DNA from: Trichosphaerium sp. ATCC 40318
Taxonomy: Eukaryota > Protista > Tubulinea
Reading direction: 5' to 3'
Length of the DNA: 64,000 nt
Assembly (NCBI GenBank): GCA_038496445.1
Contig: JALMLS010000502.1
Span: 78,939 to 142,938, forward strand
Part shown: positions 26,295 through 39,062 of the stretch, in pieces
Position numbering within the stretch: position 1 is the stretch's first letter
How the letters are laid out: each line of letters opens with the position of its first letter
Notes under the pieces: generated by a model
The model's input: only the letters and a program-made list of their open reading frames with translations
Databases searched by the model: none
What the model was told of the DNA's origin: nothing
Made by a program: the position numbers and the translations under genes

Positions 26295-27708
26295 CTAAAA
26301 GTGATTGTAATGCTCCAGCAGCTTCTTTGATGAATCGGCATAGATCAGTTGCTTCTTGTAAAGGAACACCAGATTGGATACGAATTTGTGCCTAAAAGCG
26401 CACGTGTTAATAAATAGAGTACTCAAGAAAAAAATAAGAAAAAAAAGCCTTACCTCTTTGATTTCATGTTCAAGCGTGTCGGCAACATCACTAACCCATG
26501 CGTACGGATCACGTGCAGTTTGATCTGTATCACGTGTCTTCTTATTACCAGAATTTAATTTCTGTCTTTTAGCGCTCTGAGTCAAATCATGAGTATAGTG
26601 TAAAACAATGGACTGTACCTGAACGTTATTGATGTATTGCTTTCGTTTTTGTTCAAAAAAAGAATCAAGTTCTTCTAGTTCTTCGTCTTCATCTTGTTCA
26701 TCTTGTTCTTCTTGTTTTTCTTGTTCATGTTCTTCTTCCTGTACAATTTCAGGCTCAACTTGGTCTTGCTTTCCTTCATTCTTAGACCTTCGTTCTACTT
26801 CCTTACGTTCCATCTAAAAAAAAACAAGTTAAAAAAAACAATCAAGGTTAACTGTACCTCTACCAACTCTTCAGGAGCATTGTGCTTATTAGCGAGGTGA
26901 TACTTTTTTGGATCAAAATCTTCTGGACGCATTACCCAACTCTCACATACAACACAAAACATCCTTCCACGTTTATCCTGCATAAGAGGAGCCTAAAGCG
27001 CTTGTAAAAAAACCAGAAAAATATGACAAAAAAAAAACAATCGATCGTTAGCTAACCTGCCCCCCAACGTACGCTACACTTATCAGGACACGACATTGAC
27101 AACCTAGACATGTCAAATTAGTACGTTTGATTGTACATATTCTGTTACATACATTGTCCAGCCTTCCTCAAGCTTTGTAGCTAATTTGGCGCTTGTTTTA
27201 TCTGTTTCTGTTTGTATTCTCGATTTAGGTGGCCGTTCTGCTTCTAAAGGAAGGGAATTGGTATATTAACGTATTTTTAAACGTCTGGAAGGTAGTAAAT
27301 ACCTATTTGCGGTTCTGGTGGCGTATTATTTACAACTGGCTTTTCTGGTTCTTTTGGTTCTTCCTTTGGCTCTGTCTGTTCTTCGGCGATGCTTTGAGCT
27401 GCTAGAAGGCGCTCTTTCTCTTTTGCGGATAAATCTTCTTCTCGTACAAAGCTTGCTTTACACGATACACATAGTATCTGTCCCTCGCTTGTTTTTCCAA
27501 CAAGTGGAATCTGTTTGTGTCAGTGTAAATAGTAAAATACAATAAGCGCTCACGTTACACCTTGGACACGCATCTGCAAGTAACGTCCATCCTTTTAGCA
27601 TGTATTTACCTACACTCATGTAAGTAGTAGCCAATAACAGCGTAAGGCAGTACCTAGTAATACTGAGACTTCTAAGCCATCATCAGGATCTTCTGGTTGA
27701 AATTCCAT
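26295..27708 (-). CDS. SSSCA1/ZNRD2-like protein with two Auto_anti-p27 zinc ribbons and an acidic linker
   Basis: Spliced: GKYMLKGWTLLADACPRCNIPL...LCVSC, and a second unit LATKLEEGWT..SCPDKCS.APLMQDKRGRMFCVVC; E/Q-rich region at 26630-26810. Confidence 0.8.
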
Positions 27709-27801
27709 GTTGTAAGCGTGCGTTGAACAATAAACAAATGACTCCAAAAATTATGAGTTTTCTGCTTGTATTCAGCCAACTTTGTTAATTCATAAACAAC
27801 T

Positions 27802-29488
27802 ATGTCGGCAAGACTCGTATGCTCAATAATTAGCGCAAAGCATCTTCCTGCTGGAGATTTAAACGGTAGACTGCTACTGCTAAGTTTAAAACACTGAAGC
27901 TTATATTTTATAGGTTATTCCGATCCGTACGTTGAGATATACTTGAACGGCTTCCAAACCAAAACTCAAAAGAAAAAGAAGACTCTAAACCCTCAATGGC
28001 ATCAAACGTTCACTCTAAACGTCACAGATCCAAATACTGGCGTTTTGTTCCTTCGCGTTAAAGATTGGTACGTTATTTGTTTATTTTACGTTACAAAACA
28101 GCTAGCTGAATTCCTATTTGCGTTACCTGTATTTTCGCGACTTACACATTTTAAAGGGATCGATTTACAAAAGACGACTTGGTACGCCTCTTTCTAAGCT
28201 GTACTCGGCGTAAACGGACACTTCAAACCCTTAACAATAATTTTCCTAGCAGTTATTTTTATTTTCTGTTTTTAACCGTATCCTTTAGCTCGGAGAGGCG
28301 CAAGTACCTATAAACACACTACCAATGAATAAAGAAAAAAACTTTTGGCTTCCATTACGTAATTTAACGAATATTTCACTTTATTTTCATCTGACGCGTC
28401 TAAATAGGTGGAAAACGTGGTAGAAACGCTGGGCAGCTTAATATTTCACTTACAGCAAAGGGTTTTGGAAAGAGTAAGCGGCATCATACGTCATTTTTCG
28501 CAACTTTTTTTTTTCTTTTTGGTTTTGAACAACAAAAATGTATTTTTCTGACTTTGTACCTAGGACCAGCACCTCGTGTTGCCTATGGATCTAGTACAGT
28601 AACTCGTGTATATACAACACAGCCTTGTACGTATTTATTACTTGTTATAAAGTGAGATTGACATGTGTAAAAATAGCGGCTGTAGATTTAGCATCTTTAG
28701 CTAGATCACCAAGTTTTACTCCAACTTCTTTACCAAATGGATTTACGCCACCTCCGCGTCCTGCCCAACCCGCACGTGCTGCTACATATGCCGGACATCG
28801 TGTACACATTAAAGCCATCTCTGGATTGTATTAACTAGTTCTAGCCTGCACCTCAAGTACCGCCACCTGGAGGACCACAAGGAGTAAGTTGGTTTTTTTT
28901 GAAAAATGCGAAAAGCAGCAATTTATGCAAAAATTAAATATCTATAAAATCCATCGTAATCTTACTTTCGTGTAGATGATGCCACCAAGCCCATATGGTT
29001 CTCAACCGCCTTCAGGATATCCACCCCAGCCTACACCAAGTTATCAACAACCACCTGGTGGTTATCCTCCTCAACCAACTCCAAGTTATCAGCAACCACC
29101 TGGTGGATATCCACCTCAACCAACGCCGAGTTATCAACAACCACCTGGCGGTTATCCTCCTCAACCAACGCCAAGTTATCAGCAACCTCCTGGTGGATAT
29201 CCTCCACAGCAAACACCTAGTTACCAACAACCACCTTCTGGTTATCCTCCTCAGCCTGCACAGAGTTACCAACCTCCTAATGGTAGTGGATATCCCCCAC
29301 GCGCTGCAGCAAGCTATCAGCCTCCACGCGGATCAAATGGTTATCCACCTCAACCAACACCAAGCTATCAACAACCACCTAGTGGATATCCTCCGCAACA
29401 AACGCCAAGCTATCAACCCGCTCCTGGTTATCGGGGTCAGGCACCAGGACATGCTAGCAGTTATACACAGTTTAAAGCTCCACGGTAG
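27802..29488 (+). CDS. C2-domain protein with Pro/Gln/Tyr/Gly-rich repetitive tail
   Basis: Spliced N-terminus SAKHLPAGDLNGYSDPYV...KKTLNPQWHQTF...VKDWDRFTKDDLLGEA is a canonical Ca-binding C2 domain; the last exon has GGYPPQPTPSYQQPP repeats. Confidence 0.9.
29010..29430 (+). repeat. Coding tandem repeat, 45-bp unit (GYPPQPTPSYQQPP[GS]), about 9 units
   Basis: Visible in the DNA and in ORF 28976-29488. Confidence 0.9.
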
Positions 29489-29882
29489 TGCACACTGGCC
29501 TATCAGTTTAAGAGCTTGTAAATACACTTGTATTAAAACAAATAAAAAAACTAACGTACATAGAATGTCACAATGAACTAATATAGCAAAGAGCGCAAGC
29601 ACCCACTACAGCAATATATTTGTGACACATCACCAGTCATTTTTATGAAACACGTGATTTTTTTTTCATACTCAACTATAGGAGAGGAAAATAACTGGGC
29701 TAAGTTGTTGACGCAGTGCAATTTTATGGTGAGTAGCAAAAGTGGACGCAATGACCGCCGTTTTCTGAAAACCCGTTATTAAGCTACATTTCGGGTTGTA
29801 AGGGAGCCTACATAGCTTAATCTCATTAATTTGGATTACGTTTCGGTGCTACCGTACTCGCTCTTGTAATACAGTACGTGAA

Positions 29883-32488
29883 ATGGAACCTTCCGACGAT
29901 GGTAAGTATAGGTGTTAAGAAATTACGTTAAAGCGTTAATTTAACTTCAGGATTATCTTTGGACGACTTTGAAAGCGTCTCAGAAGGTAGCGAAGGCCCT
30001 TCAACCAAAAGTAGTACAAATGCCCAAGATAGTAAAGCGCATAGAGCTACAGCGTTTTACAAGCGCGCTTTGAGCAATAAATCGCAAAAAGGAAGAAAGC
30101 CTAAAAAAACAGCATCAAGCGCATCAAACGCAACAAACACTAAGCTCAACGCCATAAATAAGCGCGAACAAGAGCTAAAAGCGCTTCAAAAGCAATTACA
30201 AATCAAAGAATCTAAAATATCCGAAAGAGACCGTGAAACGCAAGAAAACAATACTAGATCCCAGGTAATTTATTTTCCTAAACTGTTGTACCCGCCTGCA
30301 CTGAATACTCAAACATTCAAGAAAAAACAACCAAAAAATAGTCAGTTTTCATCGAAACAAGACAGTTTTAGATGTTGTCTCATTTTATTTCTTTTTAGAT
30401 GGCTATAATGTTACAACGTGTAAAACATGAAGCACGTGTTAGAAAATTTGAAAATGAAGTAAGGGCTCTTGAAGATAAAGTACGAGAGCAACAACTTCAA
30501 AGACGCCGCTGTGAAGATAAAAGACGAGCATCTTTTTTAAAGACACTAAACAGGTAACACGTGATGCAACTTGAGGAATTTTTTAGAGTTCCGTACAACT
30601 ATAGTACATAAATCACGTGATTTTAACCATTTCTTAAATTATTTGCACAAGGAAGTGCTGACCGTTTTGATTTAGGTGGGAAGAAGAAATGTTGCCGCTT
30701 TTGAGGGAGCACGGTATTGATATGCCTGAATTTAATGAATTGTTGCAAGATGTTAAACCTGTGGAAAGCGCCCATGATACTGTTATTGTACAAAAGCAAG
30801 AAACTACTACGATAGATAGTGAGCACTCAGATGCTAATCCACAACCACTCACAAAGAGAGGTGAGATAGCAGATCAGTTTGTCTAATACTTACTTGTTTT
30901 GCAGAAAAAGCGCTTGGAAAGCAAGAAGAGGAAGATGAGGGTAGTGAACCTAAAGAAAGATTGATTATAGATTCTAAAGATGAGGGGAAAGATACAAAGA
31001 TTGTAACAGTACAAATTGCACCTCCTGGTAAGCAAATTGGGTGATGTTTGGAAAACGATTGTAACGCCTTTGTTCAGAAGAAGACACGTTTCAATTTGTT
31101 GGTCCAGAGGCTGAACAGCCTAAAGCTACAGCTGTAACGAGTCAATGGGTCTTTTTAAAAGGTATTTAACCATCGTATCAATTGGTAAAGATGTTTACAG
31201 AATGTTGTCATAGATGACCCTGATAGTCCAAACGTAATGCCTAAATCAACTTTCTTTTCAAAGGCAAAAAGGTTTACAAACCGAATGTCAGCGAATATGT
31301 CAAATGAAGCAGGCGGTGTAATACCAGTAAAAAATGAACAATCTCAAGGTATGATGCATTCACACAGGGATCAATTTCGGAAGATGAGATCTGAGAGTGT
31401 CAAAGAGCAATCAAATCAGCAAGCCAAACATATTGAGCGTATTTTGCCGACAATTGAGGTACAGAAAACAACAATCTTCTCAATGATCTCATCATTTTGG
31501 TATAGCGAATGAGCAACGGTAAAACACCCTTGAATATAGGAAAGAGCTTGAGTAAAATAAATCCAATAAAGAACGTGGCTTGGAGCTTAAAAGTACGACA
31601 TTGTCAAAGTGCTTTTTAATTTCTTATTTTTTTCTTAAAGGATACTTGGAAGGCTTGTAATAATTGTGGTGATATGTTTGATAGAATGGCTAGAAAACAT
31701 GCTTGTGGTGTATGCGAGTTAACATTTTGTTCAAAGTGTAAGCCAAATTTAAAAGTAGAAGCAAACATGACTCTGCTGGGCTTATTTGAGTGCGGTACGA
31801 TTCCAGAACTTTCCACTAAAATTGTTTGACAAACTTGTAGAGGAATCCATTATCATATTAGACTGTTGCAATATATGTGAAAAAGCTCTAGCTGGGTTAA
31901 ATTGGAGGCATCAAATGAAGGAACAAACACAAGAGTACGTCCAGCATATTTTTCCATGTTGTTAATAATTTTCTCTTTAAAATTACTGAACAGTTCCTTA
32001 AAACCTACCTACCCAAAAAGTATAAGGAGTCTTTCAGAAATAATACTACTGACTACTTTAAAGGCCTGTTACAGTTGTTTTTTTCATTTATGTTGGCTTC
32101 AAACGTTTGAATTTCGTTTTCTAATGATGTTTTCTTTTATAGTCCTCAATCTCAGCAACTTGAAGCTGTTTATGCTCAACGCACTCAGCTTTTAGAATCA
32201 GTTAGGGATATATTTGAGTCTGCAGAGGATATTGAAATGCCAGATGAAGTTGCTAGCAAGCTTGGTCATCATGTTTTAAAGCTTGACAAGATTCGAATGT
32301 ACTGCAGAAAAACAGCTTTGGCATTTGTTAAATCAAGTGGAGAAGGAGTTGAAGCTACTCCAGAGGCTAGAAGGAATGGCTTATTATATGCCAATATTGC
32401 TAGATCTCTAAGCACACAACTTGCACAGATTAAGATAGAGATTGCACAGCGAGCAAAAGCAAAAAGAAAAAGAGCTGGAAGTCTTTAG
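29883..32488 (+). CDS. Coiled-coil plus FYVE-like zinc-finger protein
   Basis: Multi-exon; WKACNNCGDMFDRMARKHACGVCELTFCSKC at about 31645-31745 resembles the FYVE R+HHCRxCG core; coiled coils at both ends. Confidence 0.7.
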
Positions 32489-32726
32489 TTCGTTTTGAAA
32501 AAAAATTGTAAAATAAAAATCAAAATTGTTCACAAAAAGCAAATGTACTTTACTCAGTTACACTTATGCCTAATGTTGTTGTTTGCTGTTAAATATCTTT
32601 TTAAAGCAAGTGATTTGGTGATTATACAACAGTACAAGGCCCAGAGGCGATAGTAGTTCGTAGTGGTTGAGTTCCTTTGAACATTACTTATTGACTCGAT
32701 GGATTGTGCTATTCATTGATGATGAT

Positions 32727-33720
32727 TTACAATCGTGAACGGTTTTTAAGTAATCGTGAACGGTTCTTAAGCTTAGTCATGGCTGTATACAACATTGTGT
32801 ATGATATCTTGACAATAAAAACAAGAGCACTTGGTGGGTTTGTTATTTGTGAAAGAGGCCTTGTACCATCTTTGAGTATGAATGAATCCCACTGTTTTTC
32901 ATTTAGAGCAATGGTTCTGGTAGTTTTTCTATGAGTGGTGGGATGTGTAGCTACTCCATAGATGCACTTGTATCCTGCTTTTAGTGCTCCGTTTAACAAC
33001 ATCCCAGACTAATACAGATGAGTATGTGAAAGGAAAGGTAGAATCGATCTAATGGGTACCATGTATGCCAAGTGCTGTTTTCTAGTGTAGCCTTCCTTCA
33101 GTCCACCTATTACTCCATACATGATGTTTCCATGTGTCAGTGGAATACCTTGACGTTTTAAAGAAGGTAGAGCTTCGTCTTCACATTGAGATATGAATGA
33201 CTTCCATATTTGTATCTTGGGTGAAAGATCATCAGTGTAGATTGTGTCCTTGACTGTGTAGTCAAAACATAGATTAAAGCCAATAACTTGAGAATCAACA
33301 ATAGTGATCACCTTTGATTATTTAGAATGATGAGTTTTTCATTGTAAACGTAAACAAAGTTTATCATTGACTAAATGTTCACGTGAAGAAAAGCGTACTG
33401 ATGGGTATTCTGCACATTGTTCTACTAAACGTGTAAAATAAGGTCTGATTTCATCTGTTGTAAGTTCTAGCGCTTGTACAATTGTGTTTGAGCCAAGAAA
33501 TACTTCCACAGCAGTATCAATCGTCTGTTTGAAGTGCTCACGTGTTAGGTACTGTATTGATGTTTTTTTGCTTTGTCGGTGGAGAAGCCTATTACGCCTT
33601 TTATTATTATACCACTCCTTTATTTTATGCATAGTACCATTTTTGATTCTGAAGGAAGGTTTTATCGAGGTGAAGTCCGGTTTTAGTTGGATTTCGTAAG
33701 CATAATTGATTTAATGGTGC
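32727..33720 (-). pseudogene. Disrupted intronless gene with divergent homeodomain-like N-terminus
   Basis: AYEIQLKPD-(20 aa)-WYNNKRR has homeodomain spacing. The downstream coding region is broken into ORFs 33339-33632, 33009-33311 and 32727-33002. Confidence 0.5.
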
Positions 33721-34224
33721 GGCTTTGGTCAATTAAATTCTGGTTGAACCTACTAAGCAGCAGTGTCAGATCGAACGACAACAGCCTTCAGACTATCCCA
33801 TTTTGCACTGAAAAACCTTTGTACTTGATTTTCTTGTTATCTTTCCTAGTTGTAATGTAAAACATAAGTTGCACAAAAAGTTTAAGATTAGCTTAGGCTT
33901 TGAGAAAGAGCTAATCCAACACAACATTCTACTTGTTTTCGAACTCATTACAGTATACTTGACTGCAACAAAGTGCCAACTCAGACTGTATGTAACCCGT
34001 GGCACTAAAATCTGTGTCTCTCTTCCCATGAGAACTGTCTAGAGTGTGTATCACAAGCTCTACAGTGGCATAACAATCACGCAGGATAGCTGAAACCTTC
34101 AACAAGGTTTAGGAATCACAATCTTATGCACAGTAAGTCGTACTCCATTTGTAGAACTTTTTAGACAAGGGATTGTAGTGAGCTCCAGTGTTTTTATTGG
34201 ATGACATCTTAAGGCATCGTATTA

Positions 34225-35136
34225 CAGGTTGACTTATACCAGTTCAGCGATAGCTTACATCCAGAGATTGTAGCACATATCTTACGTCAAACGACAAAAA
34301 CACGATTTGCAGCATGTCAAACCTGCCACCAGTTTGCATCTATCATTCACGATGTTGTTGGTTATGAAAGCGTTAAAATTACATCTCCAGAACAAGCAAA
34401 GGCGCTTTTAAAACACGCTAGTGCTCTACAACAAACAAAAATAAGGCTTAGCGGCAATTTTGATAGTAGCAAAATCAAAGAGTTTGCTGGTGTTCAAACA
34501 ATTGACCTTAGAGCTTGTAAAGGTGCTACAGATTGCTGGTGTTCATACCATAAAGCTTGGTAGATATGGAGGCTTTACAGGTGAATGTATTAAAGCTCTG
34601 GCAGGTGTTCATACAATTCATCTTGGTTGTATAAGTATTACTGATGAAGGTATCAAATCACTTTCAGGTGTTCATACTATCGACCTCGTTGATACGTCAG
34701 TGACAGATGAAGGTGTTAATCACTTGCTGGTGTTCATACTATTGATTTGTCAATCACTTCAGTAACAGATGAAGGTTTAAAATCTCTGGCAGGTGTTCAT
34801 GCAGTTCATCTTGGCGGTTGTATAAGTATTACTGATGAAGGTGTCAAATCACTTGCTGGTGTTCATACTATCGACCTTAGTGATACGTCAGTGACAGATG
34901 AAGGTATCAAATCACTTGCTGGTGTTCATACTATTTTTCTTGAGGGTTGTAAATACATAACAGATGAAGGTATTAAATCATTGGCTGGTGTACATGAAAT
35001 CAACCTTAGTTACACTTCAATCACAGATGAAGGTATTTCAGCACTTTCAGGTGTTCATACTATACACTTAGAAAACATAAAAGTAACAGATGAGGGTGTT
35101 GCTGAATGGCTAGATAGGGCTAAGGTTTGCCGCTAA
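34225..35136 (+). pseudogene. F-box plus leucine-rich repeat protein, frameshifted
   Basis: F-box-like LHPEIVAHILRQ..TRFAACQTCHQF, then 22-23-aa repeats (LAGVHTIDLSDTSVTDEGIKS); apparent deletion near 34533 and 1-nt loss near 34719. Confidence 0.8.
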
Positions 35137-35573
35137 TTCAAAAGCAATCTTGTCAACCTAACGAAAACAGCATGTTTTGTATATCAATAAAAAGGATTGC
35201 AAACAATTCAGTAAATTATTCGAGTGATATTTTTCTTTCGCGCAGTTTTTACTTTGGCTTTAATTTTTCTTTGATAATGTGGCATCTCATGAAGGTGGAT
35301 AGACCTACATAGGGCCAATCATCAAGCAAATGTAGGACACGTGCTTTCTTAAGTTTTTCATCAAGTGCATAGGTAATATTTTTCTTGGCGTTGCACTATA
35401 GTTTGAAGCGTTCAAACAAGATATATATGCTCACGACTGCCTACAGTAAAGGAGTAGCAGTTTATGACAAGGTAGCACACATTTGCAAAACAACAATAAA
35501 CACGTGATGTTTAGTGACTTTTGTGACAGTTTTGGATGCGATTGTGGTTTATTGGAGGTGAGTTTGGGTTTGT

Positions 35574-36697
35574 TTAACCTGTCTTTTTATAAGCTCTTAC
35601 ATACTCAACTTCATACACAGAAGGTAGAGTATCAAAAGGAGGTAGACCAAACCAGTTTGGCATAGTTTCTGAGTCGAAATCCATAAACAAAGGTCTAAAA
35701 AGAAATAAACACTCAAACGAAACAACAAAAAAAAAAGGTTTCTCACGTGTGAAAGCAAGTGTTATCGACAGTGCGTATTGGCTTGCCGTCTATGTACCTA
35801 AAGGTATGTTATATAAATCCCAAAAACAAAGTAAGAACGAGAAGGGTCACATACCATACAAGTTTATCACTATCCCATTCAAGTCCGTAGACATGAAAGT
35901 CCGATGCAAGTTTATAAGGCGTTGTAAAAGCTGTAAAATAAAATTTGTTAGTTTATTCTAATCTACAAGATTCTTACCTTCCCCCCAGTTCTTTTTATTT
36001 CCAGGAGGGCATTTTGTGTGGTACTGGTCTGGAGATTCGAAAACGTGAAGATTCATGTGATACATGTTTTCGAATCCTTGTTTCCCTGCGCCAACTTCAA
36101 AGATATCAATCTCTGTACGCCAACCATTTTTAGGTCCTTTTGACTTACTGAACCACCACGCAGATGAACCTTTTTAAAACGCACGTGAGCTTGGTTTCGC
36201 GAGCAAAAAAAAAAAGTTGTCGTACCTGCGCTATTCATTGGTTTCGCTTTTACCTCAAAGTAGCCATACACAGTGTTAACTTTACTTTGTACAGCAGCAG
36301 ATGTATAATCATGGTATCCAGTTGGCTCATTTGGAGGTGATGCGTGTTTCATTGTGAGCGTCAACATTCCATTTTTTACGGCGACATTTTCAGGGTCAAA
36401 CCACCCTGGCTCTCTTCCTAACCATGAAGGATTATGATTATTCCTATTTCGGTTGAAATGAGTAAAAAGCGTAAAGTTACAGGAAGATTCAAAAGTGATA
36501 CCATTTAGAAAAGTTGAAACCTTGTTCAAACTCGTCTGTCATCGGTTCAAATGGCGTCCAGTTTCCTGGAGGTAAAGAAAAACAACCTACAAAATAAGTT
36601 TGTTTATCACGTGATTTTAACCATATACAGAGGTTCAGGTTGTATTAAAATATGTACCTATTACGAATAAAGCGAGGACAAATGATTTAACAAACAT
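35574..36697 (-). CDS. Secreted GH16 glycoside hydrolase, beta-porphyranase/agarase-like
   Basis: Signal peptide; NHNPSWLGREPGWFDPENV, YGYFEVKAK, catalytic EIDIFE, DFHVYGLEW, FDSETMPNWFGLP, YEVEYVRAY; about 7 exons. Confidence 0.88.
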
Positions 36698-36867
36698 GTT
36701 TGGCATGAGGAAATAGTTTCGCAACTTTCCATTTACAAGTCACGTGCTGTCAACGACATTTAGCATTGCGTATTTAGGCTCAATAATTAAACAACTAAAC
36801 TAGTTTTATTTTGACGACGATGATTCAGTTGATCACACTCAGGCTATAAGTCTAGCAGCGTGTCATG

Positions 36868-37656
36868 TTATTCTCGACTTATCAAAGCGCCTAATCTATT
36901 CCATCTCTGAAACTTTCCTACTATTCTGTTATCTTCGTAGTTGCCTTGACACCATAATTGGCCGTTTGAATACCATTTCTTGAACATTCCATTAATTTTG
37001 CCATTTACACAAATGTAACACTCCTTCAGAACACCAGAATCGTACCATTCCTTACATTCTCCTTCTTTTTCACCGTTCAAATAGTTGAAGTGCTTCACGA
37101 GTTTACCATTATAACTCCACTCCTTGTGCTCTCCTTCTTTTATACCAAGGTAATACTTACATTCGCTTTGAAGGCGACCATTTTCCCACCACTGGTGATG
37201 CTCATTGTGAAGTCTTCCATCCTTGTAAAAACACATCAATGATACTTGACCACTGTCATACCAGATTTTTGTTTCTCCTTGCTGAATACCATTGACAAAG
37301 TGACTTTCTTCCTTCAATTTACCTTGAGGGTACCACCTCAATTTTCTTCCGTGTAGTTTGCCGTTTTTGAAATAAGCTTGGCCTACTATTTTCTTCCCTT
37401 CGTGGCTTAAAGGCTTGTTGGTATACTTACTTAATAATTTCTCAAGTGTATTTGCTTTAACGATTGTATGTTGTATCCATTTTCCGTGTTTTTCCAAAAC
37501 ACCATCAAACCTTGATGTTGTTGCTGCGCTTTTAGAAAGTAAAGGCCATATTAAATACACGTCATTGTCTTTATCAACAATATCTAACTGTAGCTCGTCT
37601 GGGAGGTTCAAAAGGTAGCATTCTGTCACATTTTCACCTGAACAGTTAACGTTCAT
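36868..37656 (-). CDS. F-box-like N-terminus plus MORN-variant (YwqK-like) repeats
   Basis: LLNLPDELQL..WPLLSK..T..FD..L.KHGKW, then about 7 repeats of W[YW]xNGxLxxExxYxNGxxxG; intact 262-aa ORF. Confidence 0.85.
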   Translation of the reverse strand: MNVNCSGENVTECYLLNLPDELQLDIVDKDNDVYLIWPLLSKSAATTSRFDGVLEKHGKWIQHTIVKANTLEKLLSKYTNKPLSHEGKKIVGQAYFKNGKLHGRKLRWYPQGKLKEESHFVNGIQQGETKIWYDSGQVSLMCFYKDGRLHNEHHQWWENGRLQSECKYYLGIKEGEHKEWSYNGKLVKHFNYLNGEKEGECKEWYDSGVLKECYICVNGKINGMFKKWYSNGQLWCQGNYEDNRIVGKFQRWNRLGALISRE

Positions 37657-38157
37657 CTAGTGACTGTCTACACCTACTTTCAGGTGAGTATTTTTACTAA
37701 ATTATTCAAGTAATGTCAAGTTGAGCTTCGTGTTTATAATATGTATTGACTGTGTTTGACATTGAAGTAACGGTTTTGACACGCTGTCTCTCGGAGCACG
37801 TGATTCCTCTGAGTACGTTCATTGAATCTGTAGCTCGAATCCTCTCGCTACAAACGTCTATAGTTGGTAATTTTGGGACTGGCTAGAACCGGGTAAGAAA
37901 AATAAGGGAAAACTCAAGCCTTTTTTGAATTTTTTTGCTTGATACTGGCTTTGGACCTATGTGTCGTTCTTAAAAACAGCAATATAGCTCTTTTGCTTTG
38001 CATTGTCGGCCATGTGTACTTTGCAATGGTTTTATTGTTTATTTGACAAGTCTTCAATGGGCAGTAATGCTAAATACTTATCTGGATCTCTTTTATTGTT
38101 ATTGTGTACCCTTCAAGGCAAAAATTTAAATAATTATACCGTTGTTTGCTTTTTTAG

Positions 38158-38948
38158 TTATTCAGAAGAAGAATCCTCTTCACAGATACCAGCAATCGAT
38201 TTAATACATTCTATTGTACATTACGAAGGTACTAATATGACTGGTATGAACACCACTAATTGCATACAAACCTTCATCTGTAATGTTACTATTTGAGCAT
38301 CATGTAAAGCTTTAATACCATCATGTCGACAAGAGCCTAAATCAATTGTGTGAACGCTAGCTGGTGCCTTGATTCCTTCATCAGTTATAGTGTAGCCTAA
38401 TGTGATTGTATGAACTCCACGCAGAGCTTTATAACCAACATCAGTTACATTGTAACAGTTATACAAATTAATTGTGTGAATACCAGCCAGTGCTTTGACT
38501 CCCTCATCGTTCACTGATGAATACGTTAGATCGATTTCTTGCATACCAGCACGTGATAGTTGAGATAGATGAGCAGTTTGTAATTTCTTACTAGAGCTAA
38601 GATTGATACTCTTTATTTCGTAGTTGGAGAAGTCTAGACTCTTCGAGAGGTTGTTGCCTTGTACTTTAAGATTTTGTACATCTTGCAAATACTTCGAGTG
38701 CTTTTGCTTGAGTTTGAATAGTACAATTATTTTATTTTTCGAAATAAGAGAAGGTGCTTCGTTGAATAGTTTTTTTAGGTCTATTTTTTTGGCGAGAAAA
38801 ATGTTTCGTATGGGTTCTTTATAATTCAAATGCTCTATTGCGATAGTGCGTACAACCGGATCAAGCGTAGAAAACTCGGAGAAGAACTGTAGAATACGCA
38901 CAGTTACTTCAACGGTATCTCATCAAAGAATGCGGTGGTTTTGTTCAT
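38158..38948 (-). pseudogene. F-box-like plus LRR protein, frameshifted
   Basis: FFDEIP/VEVTVRIL N-terminus with a frameshift; LAGIHTINLYNCYNVTDVG-type repeats with internal deletions near the 3' end. Confidence 0.75.
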
Positions 38949-39062
38949 AATTGTCGCACAGCGTCGTTTTTGAACCGTAGTGATCTTGACTTTTTTAACG
39001 GCCGAAATCAGCTTGTGCAAAGACTGACGTAACTTGATTTTATTCTCTTTTGACGTGGTAGT

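Noticed and set aside
28995-29602. Overlapping ORFs in other frames and strands on the Pro-rich repeat
   Set aside because: By-products of the 45-bp coding repeat.
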